Source of the DNA: an uncultured Gammaproteobacteria bacterium
GTDB taxonomy: Bacteria; Patescibacteriota; Microgenomatia; UBA10105; UBA927
DNA length: 64,000 nt
Direction: 5' to 3'
Assembly (NCBI GenBank): GCA_964596355.1
Contig: CAZQTD010000001.1
Coordinates: forward strand, 68,446 to 132,445
The notes below the pieces were generated by a model. That model had not been told where the DNA came from and ran no database searches. It saw only the letters and a list, made by a program, of their open reading frames with translations. A program made the translations under genes and the position numbers. Every line of letters begins with the position of its first letter. The first letter of the stretch is position 1. Positions 29,361 to 40,533 of the stretch are shown here, one piece after another.

Positions 29361-29765
29361 CTTAAAATACTTGTTATATTGCTACATTGCTGCATTGTTG
29401 GAAAACAATGCAGCCATTTGACAATGTAACAATTGAGTAGCACGTTAACAACTCAATGACTCTATGAAATCAGGTGAAATTCCTGATGCATAGAATGTTA
29501 TAAGTAGTTGCATCGTAAGGGGTAATCCAATCCGCCAGACGGCGGAGATTACCTTTACATTTTAATTTTGTTGATGATTGAACAGTGGACCGTCAGCAGA
29601 CGGATCCTTTGTTCTCTGCAACGCTACAAGCTGACAATGGATGCCTAGGGCGCTCATGCCGAGGAAGGACGCATATGACGGCGATACTCGTCGGGTAGGA
29701 GTCATAATCCGATCATCCGGCGATTTCCGAATGGGGCAACCCATCTATCGCAAGATAGAGACTGT

Positions 29766-29905
29766 ATTGCAAAAACGGTTCGCATGGTGTTTATAAATAG
29801 TATTTTTTGAGATTAGACATTGGACAGTAGAAGTTGGATGAAGAAATTGGAAGTTAGAGATTAGAAAATCAAACCTCAAGCTTCTAATTTCTATCTGTCT
29901 ACCAT
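29766..29905. repeat. AT-rich expansion/insertion in 23S 5' domain, bounded by inverted GTTTATAAATAG/ATTTATAAACAG
   Basis: Contains GAGATTAGA x2, GAAGTTGGA and AAATTGGAAGTT, modules that also occur in CDS insertions and in intron 2. Confidence 0.55.
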
Positions 29906-30239
29906 CAAATTTATAAACAGCATGCGGATCGGGATAGCAGTACAGGGGATACCATCCGAACTGAAACATCTCAGTAGGGTGAGGAAAAGAAATCAAGCAC
30001 GAGATTCCGTTAGTAGCGGCGAGCGAAAGCGGAACAGCCTAAACCCGCAAGGGTGTTGTGGGTCAGGAGTTATGGGATGTGTTGAGGATAGGAGAATACT
30101 GTGGAATAGGTAACCAAAGGGAGTGAAAGTCTCGTATCCGAAATCCAAAACACCTCTATTCTGTTCCCAAGTACCATGGGCCACGAAGGGCCTGTGGGAA
30201 GCTGGGTCAACCACGATCCAAGGCTAAATACATGAGTGC

Positions 30240-30278
<39 letters not shown>

Positions 30279-30344
30279 CACCCCGGAAGGGGAATGAAAG
30301 AGTACCTGAAATTGTCAGCTAACAAACAGCGAGAGGCGTGCTTT

Positions 30345-30445
30345 GCACGCTGGTAGTTCATTGTTCATCGTTCATGGTTCATAGCCACAATGAATTTTTC
30401 ATTATACCTATGAACTAATAACTATGAACCAATAACTATCAGCAT
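30345..30445. repeat. Second AT-rich expansion in 23S (GTTCAT/ATGAAC repeats)
   Basis: Low-GC palindromic segment between conserved 23S blocks. Confidence 0.5.
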
Positions 30446-31902
30446 GCAGAGCATGCTGATCGCGTGCCTATTGAAGAATGATCCGGTGAGTTTTCCGTCA
30501 ATGCGAGCTTAACCGCGTTCAACGCGGGAAGGCGCAGTGAAAGCGAGCCCTAAATAGGGCGACAAGTATTGGCGGACAGACCCGAAACCAGGTGAGCTAA
30601 CCATGAGCAGGGTGAACCCCGCAGAAGTGCGGGGGGAGGCCCGAACTCGTCAGAGTTGCAAATCTGTGAGATGACTTGTGGTTAGGGGTAATATGCCTAT
30701 CGAACCTGGAGATAGCTGGTTCTCCCCGAAATATATTTAGGTATAGCGGTATTGTTATCTCATGAAGGGGGTAGAGCACTGAATGATGTCGGTTTCGCAA
30801 GGAATCGGCATCAATCAAACTCCGAATACTTTCATGAGTATCTTGCCAGTCAGACATGCACGGCTAAGCGCGTGTGTCAAAAGGGAAACAGCCCAGACTC
30901 ACATCTAAGGTCTCTAACTGCATGCTAAGTTGGTAAGGAAGTCATGGTTTTAAGACACCCAGGAAGTTGGCTTAGAAGCAGCCACCTTTTAAAGAACGCG
31001 TAACAGCGCACTGGATGAAAGCCGTGGCGCCGAAAATGATCGAGGATTAAGCATGCGACCGACGATTGAGCTTTCGGAGAATAGAAAACAGAGGAAGGAA
31101 CAGTTGCAATTCCGTCAATTGCGTCATCTAAATGCGTTGTCTGTCCTTTGTTTTCTGTTCTCCGGAGGGGTAGGGGAGCGTCTTCTGTGCGGTGAAGGTC
31201 AGGCTGTAAGGCCGGCTGGAGCGCAGAGGAGTGCGAATGCCGGAATGAGTAGCGTTTGAGGGTGAGAATCCTTCATGCCGAATGCGCAAGGTTTCCGAAG
31301 CAACGTTCGTCGACTTCGGGTAAGTCGGACCTAAGGCGAGTCCCGCTCCAAGCGGGGGTAGCTCGATGTAGAAACGGTTGATATTCCGTTGCAACTGTGT
31401 GTCGATTCAGACTCAAAGGAATGACAAAGGGGGACAGGTCTCGCCGTGTTAAGCGCGGCCAAGCTTCAAAGTAGCGATAACTGGCAAATCCGTTATTGTG
31501 TTAAACATGAGGAGCGATGGGGAGGTCAAACCGCAAGGGGCGGCCAAGAGAGATAGTTTCGCTTTCGAGAAAAGTTTCGTTGAGGAGCACATAGTTTCCG
31601 TACCGCAAACCGACACAGGTGCGCTGGTAGAGTATACCAAGGCAAGCGGGTGATCGTGGTTCAAGGAACTCGGCAACAAAAACTAGGCGTAACCTATGGG
31701 AGATGCCTTGCCCAGCCACTGGCTGGGCCGCAGTTAACGACGCTAAGCGACTGTTTAACTAAAACACAGGTCTCTGCGAAGCCGCAAGGCAATGTATAGG
31801 GGCTGACACCTGCCCAGTGCCGGTAAGTTAAAAATAGTTGATGACTTGAAGCAATTTGAGAAGTTAGCTATTTAAGCTCCGGTGAACGGCAGCAGTAACT
31901 AT

Positions 31903-32636
31903 TAACACAGTTAGTAGTTGTAAAAGTTGACTAAATGCTGGAAGAGCCGTACCTAGTTCTGAGAAAAATCGAAGAACGAACGGTTGAAGTATCTGACGCT
32001 ACCAGGTATACTGGTAACAATGCGGTCAGTGCGGCAAATCAGCAGGAAAGACTTGAAAAAGGAAAAACTTGGCTATTTCTTAGCAGGGTTTGTAGAAGGT
32101 GAGGGAAGTTTTAATGTATCTCTACGGCGGAAAGCTGACTACAAAGTCAACTGGCAAGTCGTGATGAGCTTTAATGTTTCGCAAAAGGATCCTACAATAC
32201 TTAAAATATTGAGAGAAGAAATTGGATGCGGGATTATTAAAGTTCGAAAACAGGATGGTCTTCACTCCTACGACGCTACAAATCCAGAAGATTTAATTAA
32301 GTACGTCATTCCATATTTTCGTAAATACCAGATGGTATCCGAATCCAAAAAGCGAAACTTTGCGATTTTTTGCAGAATTGCGAAACTTATGGAAAAAGGA
32401 GGACACAGAACGAAATCCGGATTAAAGCAAATCCTTCTTCTTCGTGAAGGAATCAATGAAGGGAGGGGAAGGACAAGAAAATATGGTATTCACGACGTAT
32501 TTCCTCTTCAAGAATCCTCAGAGACTACACGTCAACCCCCGCCTTCATCATAATGTATGAGGGATTGGCGGGGATGATATAGTCCGACCTCATGGGCGAC
32601 CATGAGAGCCGTACCCAATCGGCGTATAACAAAGTG
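31903..32636 (+). mobile_element. Group I intron in 23S rRNA (helix 69 region, near E. coli L1915-1917) carrying a homing endonuclease gene
   Basis: Joining the exons restores GTAACTAT|AACTGTTCTATGGTAGCGAAATTCC. The 5' exon ends in U and the intron ends in G. It encodes a LAGLIDADG ORF and shares a ~80-nt conserved 3' core with intron 2. Confidence 0.7.
32020..32553 (+). CDS. LAGLIDADG homing endonuclease (intron-encoded)
   Basis: LAGFVEGEGSF motif, single-motif type. Lies within the 23S intron. Confidence 0.85.
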   Translation: MRSVRQISRKDLKKEKLGYFLAGFVEGEGSFNVSLRRKADYKVNWQVVMSFNVSQKDPTILKILREEIGCGIIKVRKQDGLHSYDATNPEDLIKYVIPYFRKYQMVSESKKRNFAIFCRIAKLMEKGGHRTKSGLKQILLLREGINEGRGRTRKYGIHDVFPLQESSETTRQPPPSS

Positions 32637-33296
32637 AACTGTTCTATGGTAGCGAAATTCCTTGTCGGGCAAGTTCCGACCCGCACGAAAGGTAGAACGA
32701 CTTAGCGACTGTCTTGAACCATTACCCGGCGAAATTGAAATGGCTGTGAAGATGCGGCCTACTTGCACATGGACAAAAAGACCCCGTGAAGCTTTACTGC
32801 AGTTTGGCACTGAGGACTTTATTTTGACTGTCGAGCATAGGTGGGAGACTTCGGTCGCAACATGGAATACCACTCTTCGAAATGAGGAAATCTTACTTAC
32901 TCCTGCATAAAAATCCAGGAGGAGGACACTGTCTGACGGGCAGTTTAACTGGGGAGGTTGCCTCCAAAACTGTAACGGAGGCGTACAAAGGTTGGCTAAC
33001 CCTGAATGGAAACCAGGGCGTGTCGTGCAAACGCGATAAGCCAGCTTGACTGCGAGAGTTACCGCTCGAGCAGATGCGAAAGCAGGTGTTAGTGATCCTC
33101 GCATCCCTCGTGGGAGGGAGCGGGCTTAACGAATAAAAGCTACTCCGGGGATAACAGGCTGATCGCTTCCGAGAGTCCATATCGACGAGGCGGTTTGGCA
33201 CCTCGATGTCGGCTCATCCTATCCTGGGGCTGGAGAAGGTCCCAAGGGTCCGGCTGTTCGCCGGTTAAAAGGGTACGCGAGCTGGGTTCAGAACGT

Positions 33297-33689
33297 AGGT
33301 GATACTGCGTTTGGCAACAGTGATGTTGCTTTAGTATCGGCTGTATCGGTGAAGCCTAATGTCATACCGAACATGACTATGGTAATACCGAGGGAAGTCG
33401 GTCTCATTGAGACTAGACATTAGACTTTAGAAGATTGAATTTGAAGTTTGAAAGATAGAAGATAGATTTACATGATTAAGACATTTCGAGATCTTGAAGT
33501 CTATCAAGAAGCATATCAGCTTATGCTGATAATCCATTTCACTATCTATTTTCTAATTTTCTATTGTCTAGCGACAATTGACTTGACCCCGTAGAGACTA
33601 CACGCCGACCCCCGCCTTCATCATAATATATGAAGGATTGGCGGGGTGAAGATATAGTCCATACCACTGGAAACAGTTGGAACAATATG
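33297..33689 (+). mobile_element. Second group I intron in 23S (E. coli L2593-equivalent site), HEG-less, with nested AT-rich MITE-like insert
   Basis: Exons AGAACGT|CGTAAGACAGTTCGG. The 3' core GACTACACGCCGACCCCCGCCTTCATCATAATATATGAAGGATTGGCGGGG is nearly identical to intron 1. Confidence 0.65.
33407..33567. repeat. AT-rich ~160-bp element with terminal inverted repeats (GACTAGACAT...TGTCTAGC) nested in intron 2
   Basis: The terminal inverted repeats are read directly. The interior shares AGACATTAGAC / GAAGATTGA-type modules with the 23S 5' insertion. Confidence 0.5.
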
Positions 33690-34102
33690 CGTAAGACAGT
33701 TCGGTCTCTATCCTGTGCAAGCGCTCGATTCTTGAGGGGAGTTCTCCGTAGTACGAGAGGACCCGGAGGAACAGATCCCTGGTGTGTCTGTTGTCGGTAA
33801 ACCGGCATCGCAGAGTAGCTAGATCTGGAAGGGATAAGTGCTGAAAGCATCTCAAGCACCAAGCCCACCCCAAGATAAGGAATCGTTTGAGACTCGTTGT
33901 AGATGACAACGTTGATAGGCGAGGAGTGTACGCCCCGTAAGGGGCTCCAGCTTACTCGTACTAATCAGTCGAAGTTGCGGAGAACAAAGGAACGCACCAG
34001 TCGGTGCATTCTGCTTGTTCAACCAACGAAATGAATAAGAGGTAATCTACCGGGTTGCCCCTTATGATGTAACTACGTATGGAAAGATTTTGCGTTGAGA
34101 CC

Positions 34103-34218
34103 TTCGGTCTCTTGAGCCGTATGGAACCACCCTTTCCCATTCCGAACAGGGAAGTGAAACATACGAGCGCCAACAATAGTTGATCCGCGAGGGTCCGCGA
34201 AGATAGGTCGAGGCCGGG
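34103..34218 (+). rRNA. rrf: 5S rRNA
   Basis: CCCATTCCGAACAGGGAAGTGAAAC and GAAGATAGGTCGAGGCC conserved blocks; terminal helix TTCGGTCTC/GAGGCCGGG. Confidence 0.75.
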
Positions 34219-34243
34219 GATCCCAGCGCAACATCAGTGCCTA

Positions 34244-34957
34244 TCATTGAGACGCTGCAGACCAATTCAAATGCGCGGCATTGCCGGGTTTAGGCGATGA
34301 CGGTTCAATGCCAACACTGAGCAAATCTCCCGTAACAAACGCTTCGCTGTGTATTACATCAGAACATGCAGTATTCGCATCGGCTATGGTACACGTTGTT
34401 GGCGTATTCACTCCATTTTTTCTCAGTGTGATGACCCAAAATTTTCCAGTTCCCGGAGCAGAAGAGACATGAACAAGCAGGGTGTTGATGGTCCCTGCGC
34501 GAATCGGCACCTGTCTTTCGGCTTCGGTATCATGGAATGTAAATGACCCTGCTGTACTGTATGTAGGGCCGTTTTCATCAGGATTTCCTGCGCCAGCAAG
34601 CAGCATATATCCATTCATTCCCTGCGGCCCGGTTGGTCCGGTCGGACCTGTTTCTCCGGTTGCGCCTTGACTTCCTGTAGCGCCTGTGGGACCCTGACTG
34701 CCCGTTGCCCCGACTGCCCCTGAAAGCTTTAGTGTGACAAGCGTATCTCCCCTCATGCATTGATTTCTCAACAGTCCATCGCCAATGACAACAACCAATC
34801 CGCTCCGTTTAATACACAGTTCTAGCGTCTCGTGGGTATAGGGCTTGGGGAAATGCAGGCGGTTGAGGATATCGTCGTTGTCTTTTGCATACACAGTTAT
34901 TGATGGAACGATAAGCGAGGCAAGAGCAAGGACAATGACATATTGAACATGGTTCAA
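34244..34957 (-). CDS. Collagen-like triple-helix repeat protein with C-terminal BclA/C1q-like globular domain, signal peptide
   Basis: A (G-x-T)n run GAVGATGSQGPTGATGSQGATGETGPTGPTGPQGMNG, an N-terminal signal peptide, and a ~110-aa C-terminal beta domain. Confidence 0.75.
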   Translation of the reverse strand: MNHVQYVIVLALASLIVPSITVYAKDNDDILNRLHFPKPYTHETLELCIKRSGLVVVIGDGLLRNQCMRGDTLVTLKLSGAVGATGSQGPTGATGSQGATGETGPTGPTGPQGMNGYMLLAGAGNPDENGPTYSTAGSFTFHDTEAERQVPIRAGTINTLLVHVSSAPGTGKFWVITLRKNGVNTPTTCTIADANTACSDVIHSEAFVTGDLLSVGIEPSSPKPGNAAHLNWSAASQ

Positions 34958-35230
34958 ACGAATTCACCTCCTTTCGCAATAACTATATTCCTGTTAGCGA
35001 GCGGTATTTGTTCTAACAAAGAGCCAGCGCACCGTCACTATAAATGTTTATGACAATAAATCAACTGGTGTAAAGCATATACGACCATATCGCACATGTC
35101 ATGCCAAGAGTAATACTGTTTTTTTTGCGTGATGACGGTTGGAGTTGGGCGCAAGTACGCAGTTCTTCTTGAGTTCGGTGCGCGTTTCCGATATAATACC
35201 ACTATTCCAAACGAAAGGCGGTAGGTGTGA

Positions 35231-36427
35231 ATGCGAAAAAAACAGAAAACAGAACGTCGAAGTGAGAAATTAGACAAAAAAAATTCACCTTCCAAGCGCA
35301 AACCTCAAGATCCAGCATCCAGCGTCAAGCGTCCAGCATCAACACATGCACCCCAGACCATGGACGAACTGCTTTCCATGACGGGCTATTCCCTCAAGGG
35401 TGTCAAAAAAGGAGATCAGGTGGAAGGCGTCGTTGCGCGCGTGACTCCCAAAGAAGTTACCATTGACATCGGCAGTAAAACCGAGGGCGTCGTCATTGAC
35501 CGCGAGCTGGAGACATATAGAGACGCGCTCATGATGCTTACGCCCGGGGAAAAAGTGGTTGCCCAGGTGATTGTGGCGGAAAACGACCGCGGGCAGTCGG
35601 TTTTATCACTTCGAAAGAGCATTTTTGACAAGCGGTGGGAGGCACTTGCTGATCACCAGAAAAGCGGTACGCCGGTTGACGTCATCGTCAAAGAGGTGGT
35701 GCGCGGCGGGGTTTTGGTGGATTTCGGCGGACTTCGCGGGTATATCCCGCAGTCGCAACTTGACGGTGGCCTTACCAAGCAGCTGGATAAAATAATCGGC
35801 CGGAAAATACAGGTAAAAATCGTTGAAGTTGATAAAGCGACGAACCGACTCGTTTTTTCCCAGCGCGCCATTTCTGACGGTGCGCTCCTTGCCAAGCAAA
35901 AGGAAGTTCTTGACGCGCTTGCTGTGGGCGATACGGTGACGGCGACGATTACCGGCGTTGTGCCGTTTGGCGCATTTGCCAAAATCAAAGTTTCCAAAGA
36001 TGAAAAGGAGTTTGAGGTAGAGGGCCTCATCCACATCTCGGAAATCGCATGGGAAAAGGTCGAAGATCCCGGCCAATACCTGAAAGTCGGCGACACGGTG
36101 AAAGTAAAAGTGATCGGTATTGATACGGAAACGGGCAAGCTTACCTTATCCTTAAAACAGCTTCTGCCGGATCCATGGGAGAACGTTCTTGATATGTTTG
36201 AAAAAGACAGTAACGTCAAAGGGACGGTTTCCCGCGTGTCGCCCTACGGGATATTTGTCACATTAAGCCCGGGGATCGAGGGGCTCATCCACATCAGCAA
36301 AATCACCCCGGGCGAAGAGCCCAAAGCAGGGGATGAAATGACGTGCCTCATTGAAGACATTAAACCGGAACAGAGGAAAATCAGCCTCTCTGTGGCGTTA
36401 ACCGAAAAGCCGATAGGGTATAGATAA
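35231..36427 (+). CDS. rpsA: 30S ribosomal protein S1 (4 S1 domains) with basic N-terminal extension
   Basis: Four repeated S1 OB-fold modules, for example GxVxG...GLIHISEI. Confidence 0.7.
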   Translation: MRKKQKTERRSEKLDKKNSPSKRKPQDPASSVKRPASTHAPQTMDELLSMTGYSLKGVKKGDQVEGVVARVTPKEVTIDIGSKTEGVVIDRELETYRDALMMLTPGEKVVAQVIVAENDRGQSVLSLRKSIFDKRWEALADHQKSGTPVDVIVKEVVRGGVLVDFGGLRGYIPQSQLDGGLTKQLDKIIGRKIQVKIVEVDKATNRLVFSQRAISDGALLAKQKEVLDALAVGDTVTATITGVVPFGAFAKIKVSKDEKEFEVEGLIHISEIAWEKVEDPGQYLKVGDTVKVKVIGIDTETGKLTLSLKQLLPDPWENVLDMFEKDSNVKGTVSRVSPYGIFVTLSPGIEGLIHISKITPGEEPKAGDEMTCLIEDIKPEQRKISLSVALTEKPIGYR

Positions 36428-36535
36428 TATCAAAGTGGATTGTTTCACAAACAGGGCGGTTCCAACTGCGCGCACGGCAAAATTTCTGGATGAACGATAG
36501 ATCGTCATTTGCCTGTCAGCAGTTTTTACGACGGG

Positions 36536-38182
36536 TCACCGAACGTTATACATCGTCACCGTGGCGTTATTCCACACCGGCGTAAGAAACGGGTACTGCA
36601 TGGGGTGCGTTTGAAAAGCTTTTGATTCCGTGTCATCAAACACATACCGTATGTCGTTGTCATGGAGGAACGCGTATGCTTCATCATTCGTCATCTTGGA
36701 AGCGTAAAAGAGCGCAGTTTTATCCATTTTTTCATTCCAACGATATGTAAGGAAATAATATCCGACAAATGAGATGACTGGAGTAAAGCTCGGTATCACG
36801 TTTGATAACACCTCTCCGGCTAGGATATGGGTATCAGGGGGAATTCGTTTGTCCGCCTCGCGGATGGCTTCCATATAGTCGGCCGGAAGGTAAATATGGG
36901 AATAAAACGGAGATTCTCTCATAGCTTCGCTCCACATGGTTTTGCCCCATACCCCGACCATGAAAAAAGAATACAGGATATACAGTATTGTGACGGAGAT
37001 AAGGAGCGCCTTTGGAACATATGTTGGGAGAATTGATGTTAGCGCGTAGGTTGCTGTGATAGCAAGCGGGATTTGGATGACGCAATGGATGAGCCTAAAT
37101 TTACTTATCACCAGCGGGTCAAGAAATGGATACATCAGAATGGGCAATGCTGTCCAACCGGCAAGACTTAGCAACGCTATGTTTTTTTTGCGGACGGCAT
37201 ACAGCCACGTAATGATTGATGGAATAATAAGGGGAGCAAACGAAAGATACATATGATATCCAAAATACGGATCTGTGTTCCAAAACTGCGGTTCAAAGCT
37301 TCGATAGAACGACCAGACGCTATCAGTCACTGCGTACTGCTGGAAGAGCCAAATGACGCCCAGCGCAGGGGCAGAAAGGACGAGAACGGTTGCCCACAAA
37401 GGACCAATGTCTGCCATTGGTCTGTGACGAGAAAACAACGGTATCGTCTGGAGTAAACTAACGGTTCCTACAATAAACAGAAACGGTACGACGCCTTGAG
37501 GGATCATCAGTGCGCACAGCGCGCCGCTGATACTTGAGCCGACCAAAAACGTCATCTTTTTGGTGCGGCGGAAGCGGAAATACCAAGCGATAGCCAAAGC
37601 CAGAAATGCTCCGGCTACGGCGTAATGCGGTCTATTGTCTAATCGTCCCACGGCGCTCAAGTGCTCTTTCCACCACGGCATAAATGAGTGGATGACGGTT
37701 TGATCGTACAGCCAATCAGGGAGCGTCGTTGTGACCAGAGCGATGATGGTGGCAAGACTGGCGACCCATGGTTTTTTCAGAATAACGCGGGCAAGGTAAT
37801 ATATAGCGATGACAAACCCAGCCTCTGCCACCAGCTTTGCGAAATGATAGACATAGGGCGGCCACAGGTGAAACGGTCCGGTGATCCAGCCGAAGAAGAG
37901 GTAGTAAACATAATACGGAAGGGAAAGGACGGGTTCTGTGGTATTGGGGTTGCGATACATCGTGTAGCCATGTTGTCCGAGGGTGATTTTGGAAAGATAG
38001 GCGTGGTAGTCTTGAGCAAGACCTTTATGCTGCCATATGCTTGTTCTTCCCATTAAATCCGTCCGGGTGAAACGAGCAATCATTGGCATATAGCTCGTAG
38101 TGAGGATAATGAGGAATGTTACAATGATGGCAAGGTGCCACAGTGTCGCATTTCGGAAAAAGGGCTTGTTACTACGTGGCAT
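36536..38182 (-). CDS. Large polytopic membrane protein, GT-C-fold glycosyltransferase-like (uncertain)
   Basis: More than 12 TM helices with an aromatic-rich loop. Start taken at MPRSNKPFF (38182); the track start at 38395 would overlap radA. Confidence 0.6.
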   Translation of the reverse strand: MPRSNKPFFRNATLWHLAIIVTFLIILTTSYMPMIARFTRTDLMGRTSIWQHKGLAQDYHAYLSKITLGQHGYTMYRNPNTTEPVLSLPYYVYYLFFGWITGPFHLWPPYVYHFAKLVAEAGFVIAIYYLARVILKKPWVASLATIIALVTTTLPDWLYDQTVIHSFMPWWKEHLSAVGRLDNRPHYAVAGAFLALAIAWYFRFRRTKKMTFLVGSSISGALCALMIPQGVVPFLFIVGTVSLLQTIPLFSRHRPMADIGPLWATVLVLSAPALGVIWLFQQYAVTDSVWSFYRSFEPQFWNTDPYFGYHMYLSFAPLIIPSIITWLYAVRKKNIALLSLAGWTALPILMYPFLDPLVISKFRLIHCVIQIPLAITATYALTSILPTYVPKALLISVTILYILYSFFMVGVWGKTMWSEAMRESPFYSHIYLPADYMEAIREADKRIPPDTHILAGEVLSNVIPSFTPVISFVGYYFLTYRWNEKMDKTALFYASKMTNDEAYAFLHDNDIRYVFDDTESKAFQTHPMQYPFLTPVWNNATVTMYNVR

Positions 38183-38298
38183 TCCTTTAATTGTAGCACA
38201 CGACGTCGTTTGGATAGACGCAAATGCTTGCCTCTTTACGTTCAGAAATGGTGTACAATAGCTCAACGATACACTCGTATTCGTGATATACACCGCGT

Positions 38299-39630
38299 AT
38301 GAGCAAATTGAAATCGTCTTTCGTCTGCCAGCAGTGCGGGTATGAGACATCTTCATGGTTTGGGAAATGTCCAAATTGCGATACGTGGAATTCATTGGTA
38401 GAGACTGTCAAAGAATCACCGGGAATTAAGAATTCAGAATTAAGAACTACGAGCGGAAAGCAAGTAGCTCCGCAGAAACTTTCTGAAGTCAGACATATCG
38501 AGAAAAACCGGCTCAAGAGCGGGTTTGAGGAGTTTGACCGCGTGATGGGCGGGGGGATTGTGCCCGGATCTGTTACCTTACTTGCGGGCGATCCGGGGAT
38601 TGGCAAATCGACGTTGCTCCTCCACGTGCTTGCCAAAACAGGCGGACTGTACGTTTCCGGTGAAGAATCGGCAGAGCAGATTAAGCTGCGGGCCAAGCGG
38701 CTGGGGATACGTGGTGAAAACATAGAAATTCTTGCAGAGACGAACGTTGAGTTAATTTCTGATGTTATTGGTGCTTATCAAAATCGAACGCCCACTGTCC
38801 ACGCGTCAGCTTCTTTGGTTATCATTGATTCCATCCAAACGCTTTCCTCCGGCGACCTTGAAGGGATGGCCGGAAGCGTTGGGCAGATTCGACACTCGGC
38901 GGAAGTACTCATCGGCGCTGCGAAAAGCTTCGGCGTGCCGGTTATTATCATCGGACATGTGACAAAAGAAGGGGCGATTGCCGGTCCCAAAGTACTTGAA
39001 CACATGGTTGATACTGTCCTCTATCTTGAAGGCGAGCGGTTTGCGGATGCCAGGATTCTGCGGACGCTTAAAAACCGGTTCGGGGCAATTGAAGAAGTGG
39101 GCATTTTCCAAATGGTAGAAAAAGGACTAATAGAAGTAGAAAATCCCAGCGCGCTATTTTTGCAAGATCGAGTAAAAAATGTACCGGGCAGTGTCGTCAC
39201 TGTTATTTTGGAAGGGACGCGGCCAATGCTCGTGGAAATTCAGGCCTTGACGGTTCCAAGTCAGCTGGCAATGCCAAGGAGAGTGGGAAACGGGATTAAC
39301 TACAATAGGCTGCAGCTTCTCGTGGCAATACTGCAAAAGCGTCTAAACCTTCCGCTTGGAACGTTTGACGTATTTGTGAACGTAAGCGGCGGCATAAAAG
39401 TAGAAGAGCCGGCTGTGGATCTGGCAATCTGCATGGCGATACTTTCTTCATTTAAAAACAAACCGCTTGACAGTCAAACCGCGGTGTTTGGCGAGGTGGG
39501 CCTGCTTGGCGAAGTACGACGGACGACCGGAGAAGAGCGCAGGACCAGAGAGGCTAAACGGTTAGGATTCAGCACCATTATTTCTCCCAAGGCGCTCCGT
39601 TCTCTCAAACAGGTAAGCGCCCTTCTGTAA
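38299..39630 (+). CDS. radA: DNA repair protein RadA/Sms
   Basis: N-terminal C4 zinc finger CQQCGYETSSWFGKCPNC, Walker A GDPGIGKST, KNRFG motif, Lon-like C-terminal domain. Confidence 0.9.
   Translation: MSKLKSSFVCQQCGYETSSWFGKCPNCDTWNSLVETVKESPGIKNSELRTTSGKQVAPQKLSEVRHIEKNRLKSGFEEFDRVMGGGIVPGSVTLLAGDPGIGKSTLLLHVLAKTGGLYVSGEESAEQIKLRAKRLGIRGENIEILAETNVELISDVIGAYQNRTPTVHASASLVIIDSIQTLSSGDLEGMAGSVGQIRHSAEVLIGAAKSFGVPVIIIGHVTKEGAIAGPKVLEHMVDTVLYLEGERFADARILRTLKNRFGAIEEVGIFQMVEKGLIEVENPSALFLQDRVKNVPGSVVTVILEGTRPMLVEIQALTVPSQLAMPRRVGNGINYNRLQLLVAILQKRLNLPLGTFDVFVNVSGGIKVEEPAVDLAICMAILSSFKNKPLDSQTAVFGEVGLLGEVRRTTGEERRTREAKRLGFSTIISPKALRSLKQVSALL
38421..38452. repeat. AT-rich in-frame insertion in radA
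   Basis: GAATTAAGAA-ttca-GAATTAAGAA direct repeat. Confidence 0.45.
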
Positions 39631-39663
39631 AAAAACGTCGAAAAACCGCGTATGAAGGGGTGA

Positions 39664-39678
39664 ATTTTCTGACGACCG
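39664..39678. repeat. 15-bp direct repeat ATTTTCTGACGACCG (copy 1), flanking the PaaX-like gene
   Basis: An exact second copy lies at 40519..40533. Confidence 0.7.
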
Positions 39679-39714
39679 TCTCCATATTGACACTTATCTT
39701 TTGAATGCTGTACA

Positions 39715-40527
39715 GTGAAGGCGATGGGGAAACGAGGGGCGACAAAACAAGTCAGCCGCGCAGTGCTGGCGCTGACCGATGGGCTATTTTCTCACATGGT
39801 GGATGTTGCGTTGTGGTTTGCTGTGTATATGGCGGAGTTGAGCGTTCCATTTAAAATGTATGGAAACGCATGGCGAGCGCAAGCAACTGCAGACCGTGTT
39901 CTTGACCATGTCAATTATCAGGCATTAAAGCGTGCGATTAAAGAAGCGCGCAAGAAAGGATGGCTTAAAAAGGCAAATCGCAGAGGCGCGCCGCCGGAGA
40001 TAACAGCAGCAGGAAAACGTCGGCTTATTCGGATCGTGCCAACGTACGATGAGAAAAGGGTATGGGATGGGCGGATGCACTTGATTACTTATGACATTCC
40101 TGAAAAACGACGGAAGGAGCGCGGAGTATTACGGGAGTATTTGCAGCGGATTGGATGCGGTAGGCTTCAGGATTCTGTATGGATGACCCCGTATAATCCG
40201 ATAGACACCATTCGGAGGTTTATTACTGAACGAAATCTTGGCGGGACGATTCTCATATCTGATCTTGGGAAAGACGGATCGATAGGAGAAGAGGATCTGG
40301 GCTCTTTGATCGTTAGCGTGTATAAGCTCGATGCGCTCAATGACCGGTATATCGAATGGCTTGATGATATCGACGATACAGGCGTCACCCACTGGTCAGT
40401 GATGCGGTATCTTTCTATCTTACGTGATGATCCGCAGCTTCCTTTTGCCCTGCTTCCAAAGTGGTGGAAAGGAGATCAAGCCTATCAGCGTGTTAAAGAG
40501 CGGCTTGGGAAGGTGTCGATTTTCTGA
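39715..40527 (+). CDS. PaaX-family transcriptional regulator-like protein
   Basis: N-terminal wHTH (KKGWLKKANRRGAPPEITAAGKRRL), then WDGRMHLITYDIPEKRRKERGVLREYLQRIGCGRLQDSVWMTP, which matches the PaaX middle-domain pattern WDGKW...QGFG...P. GTG start. Confidence 0.6.
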   Translation: MKAMGKRGATKQVSRAVLALTDGLFSHMVDVALWFAVYMAELSVPFKMYGNAWRAQATADRVLDHVNYQALKRAIKEARKKGWLKKANRRGAPPEITAAGKRRLIRIVPTYDEKRVWDGRMHLITYDIPEKRRKERGVLREYLQRIGCGRLQDSVWMTPYNPIDTIRRFITERNLGGTILISDLGKDGSIGEEDLGSLIVSVYKLDALNDRYIEWLDDIDDTGVTHWSVMRYLSILRDDPQLPFALLPKWWKGDQAYQRVKERLGKVSIF

Positions 40528-40533
40528 CGACCG
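40519..40533. repeat. 15-bp direct repeat ATTTTCTGACGACCG (copy 2), overlapping the stop codon of the PaaX-like gene
   Basis: Exact match to 39664..39678. Confidence 0.7.

Noticed and set aside
29211-29362. tmRNA-like element (5' GGGGACC..., 3' GGTTCGACTCCGCCC)
   Set aside because: The acceptor stems do not pair over that span. The 3' 73 nt fold cleanly as tRNA-Ala(TGC); the upstream 77 nt are spacer.
39715-40527. Cas2-like core (MHLITYDIPEKRRKERGVLREYLQRIGCGRLQDSVWM) suggesting a CRISPR adaptation gene
   Set aside because: The full-length architecture (N-terminal wHTH, WDG...QGFG...SVW...P block, 270 aa) matches PaaX-family regulators better. There is no CRISPR array or cas1 in the window.
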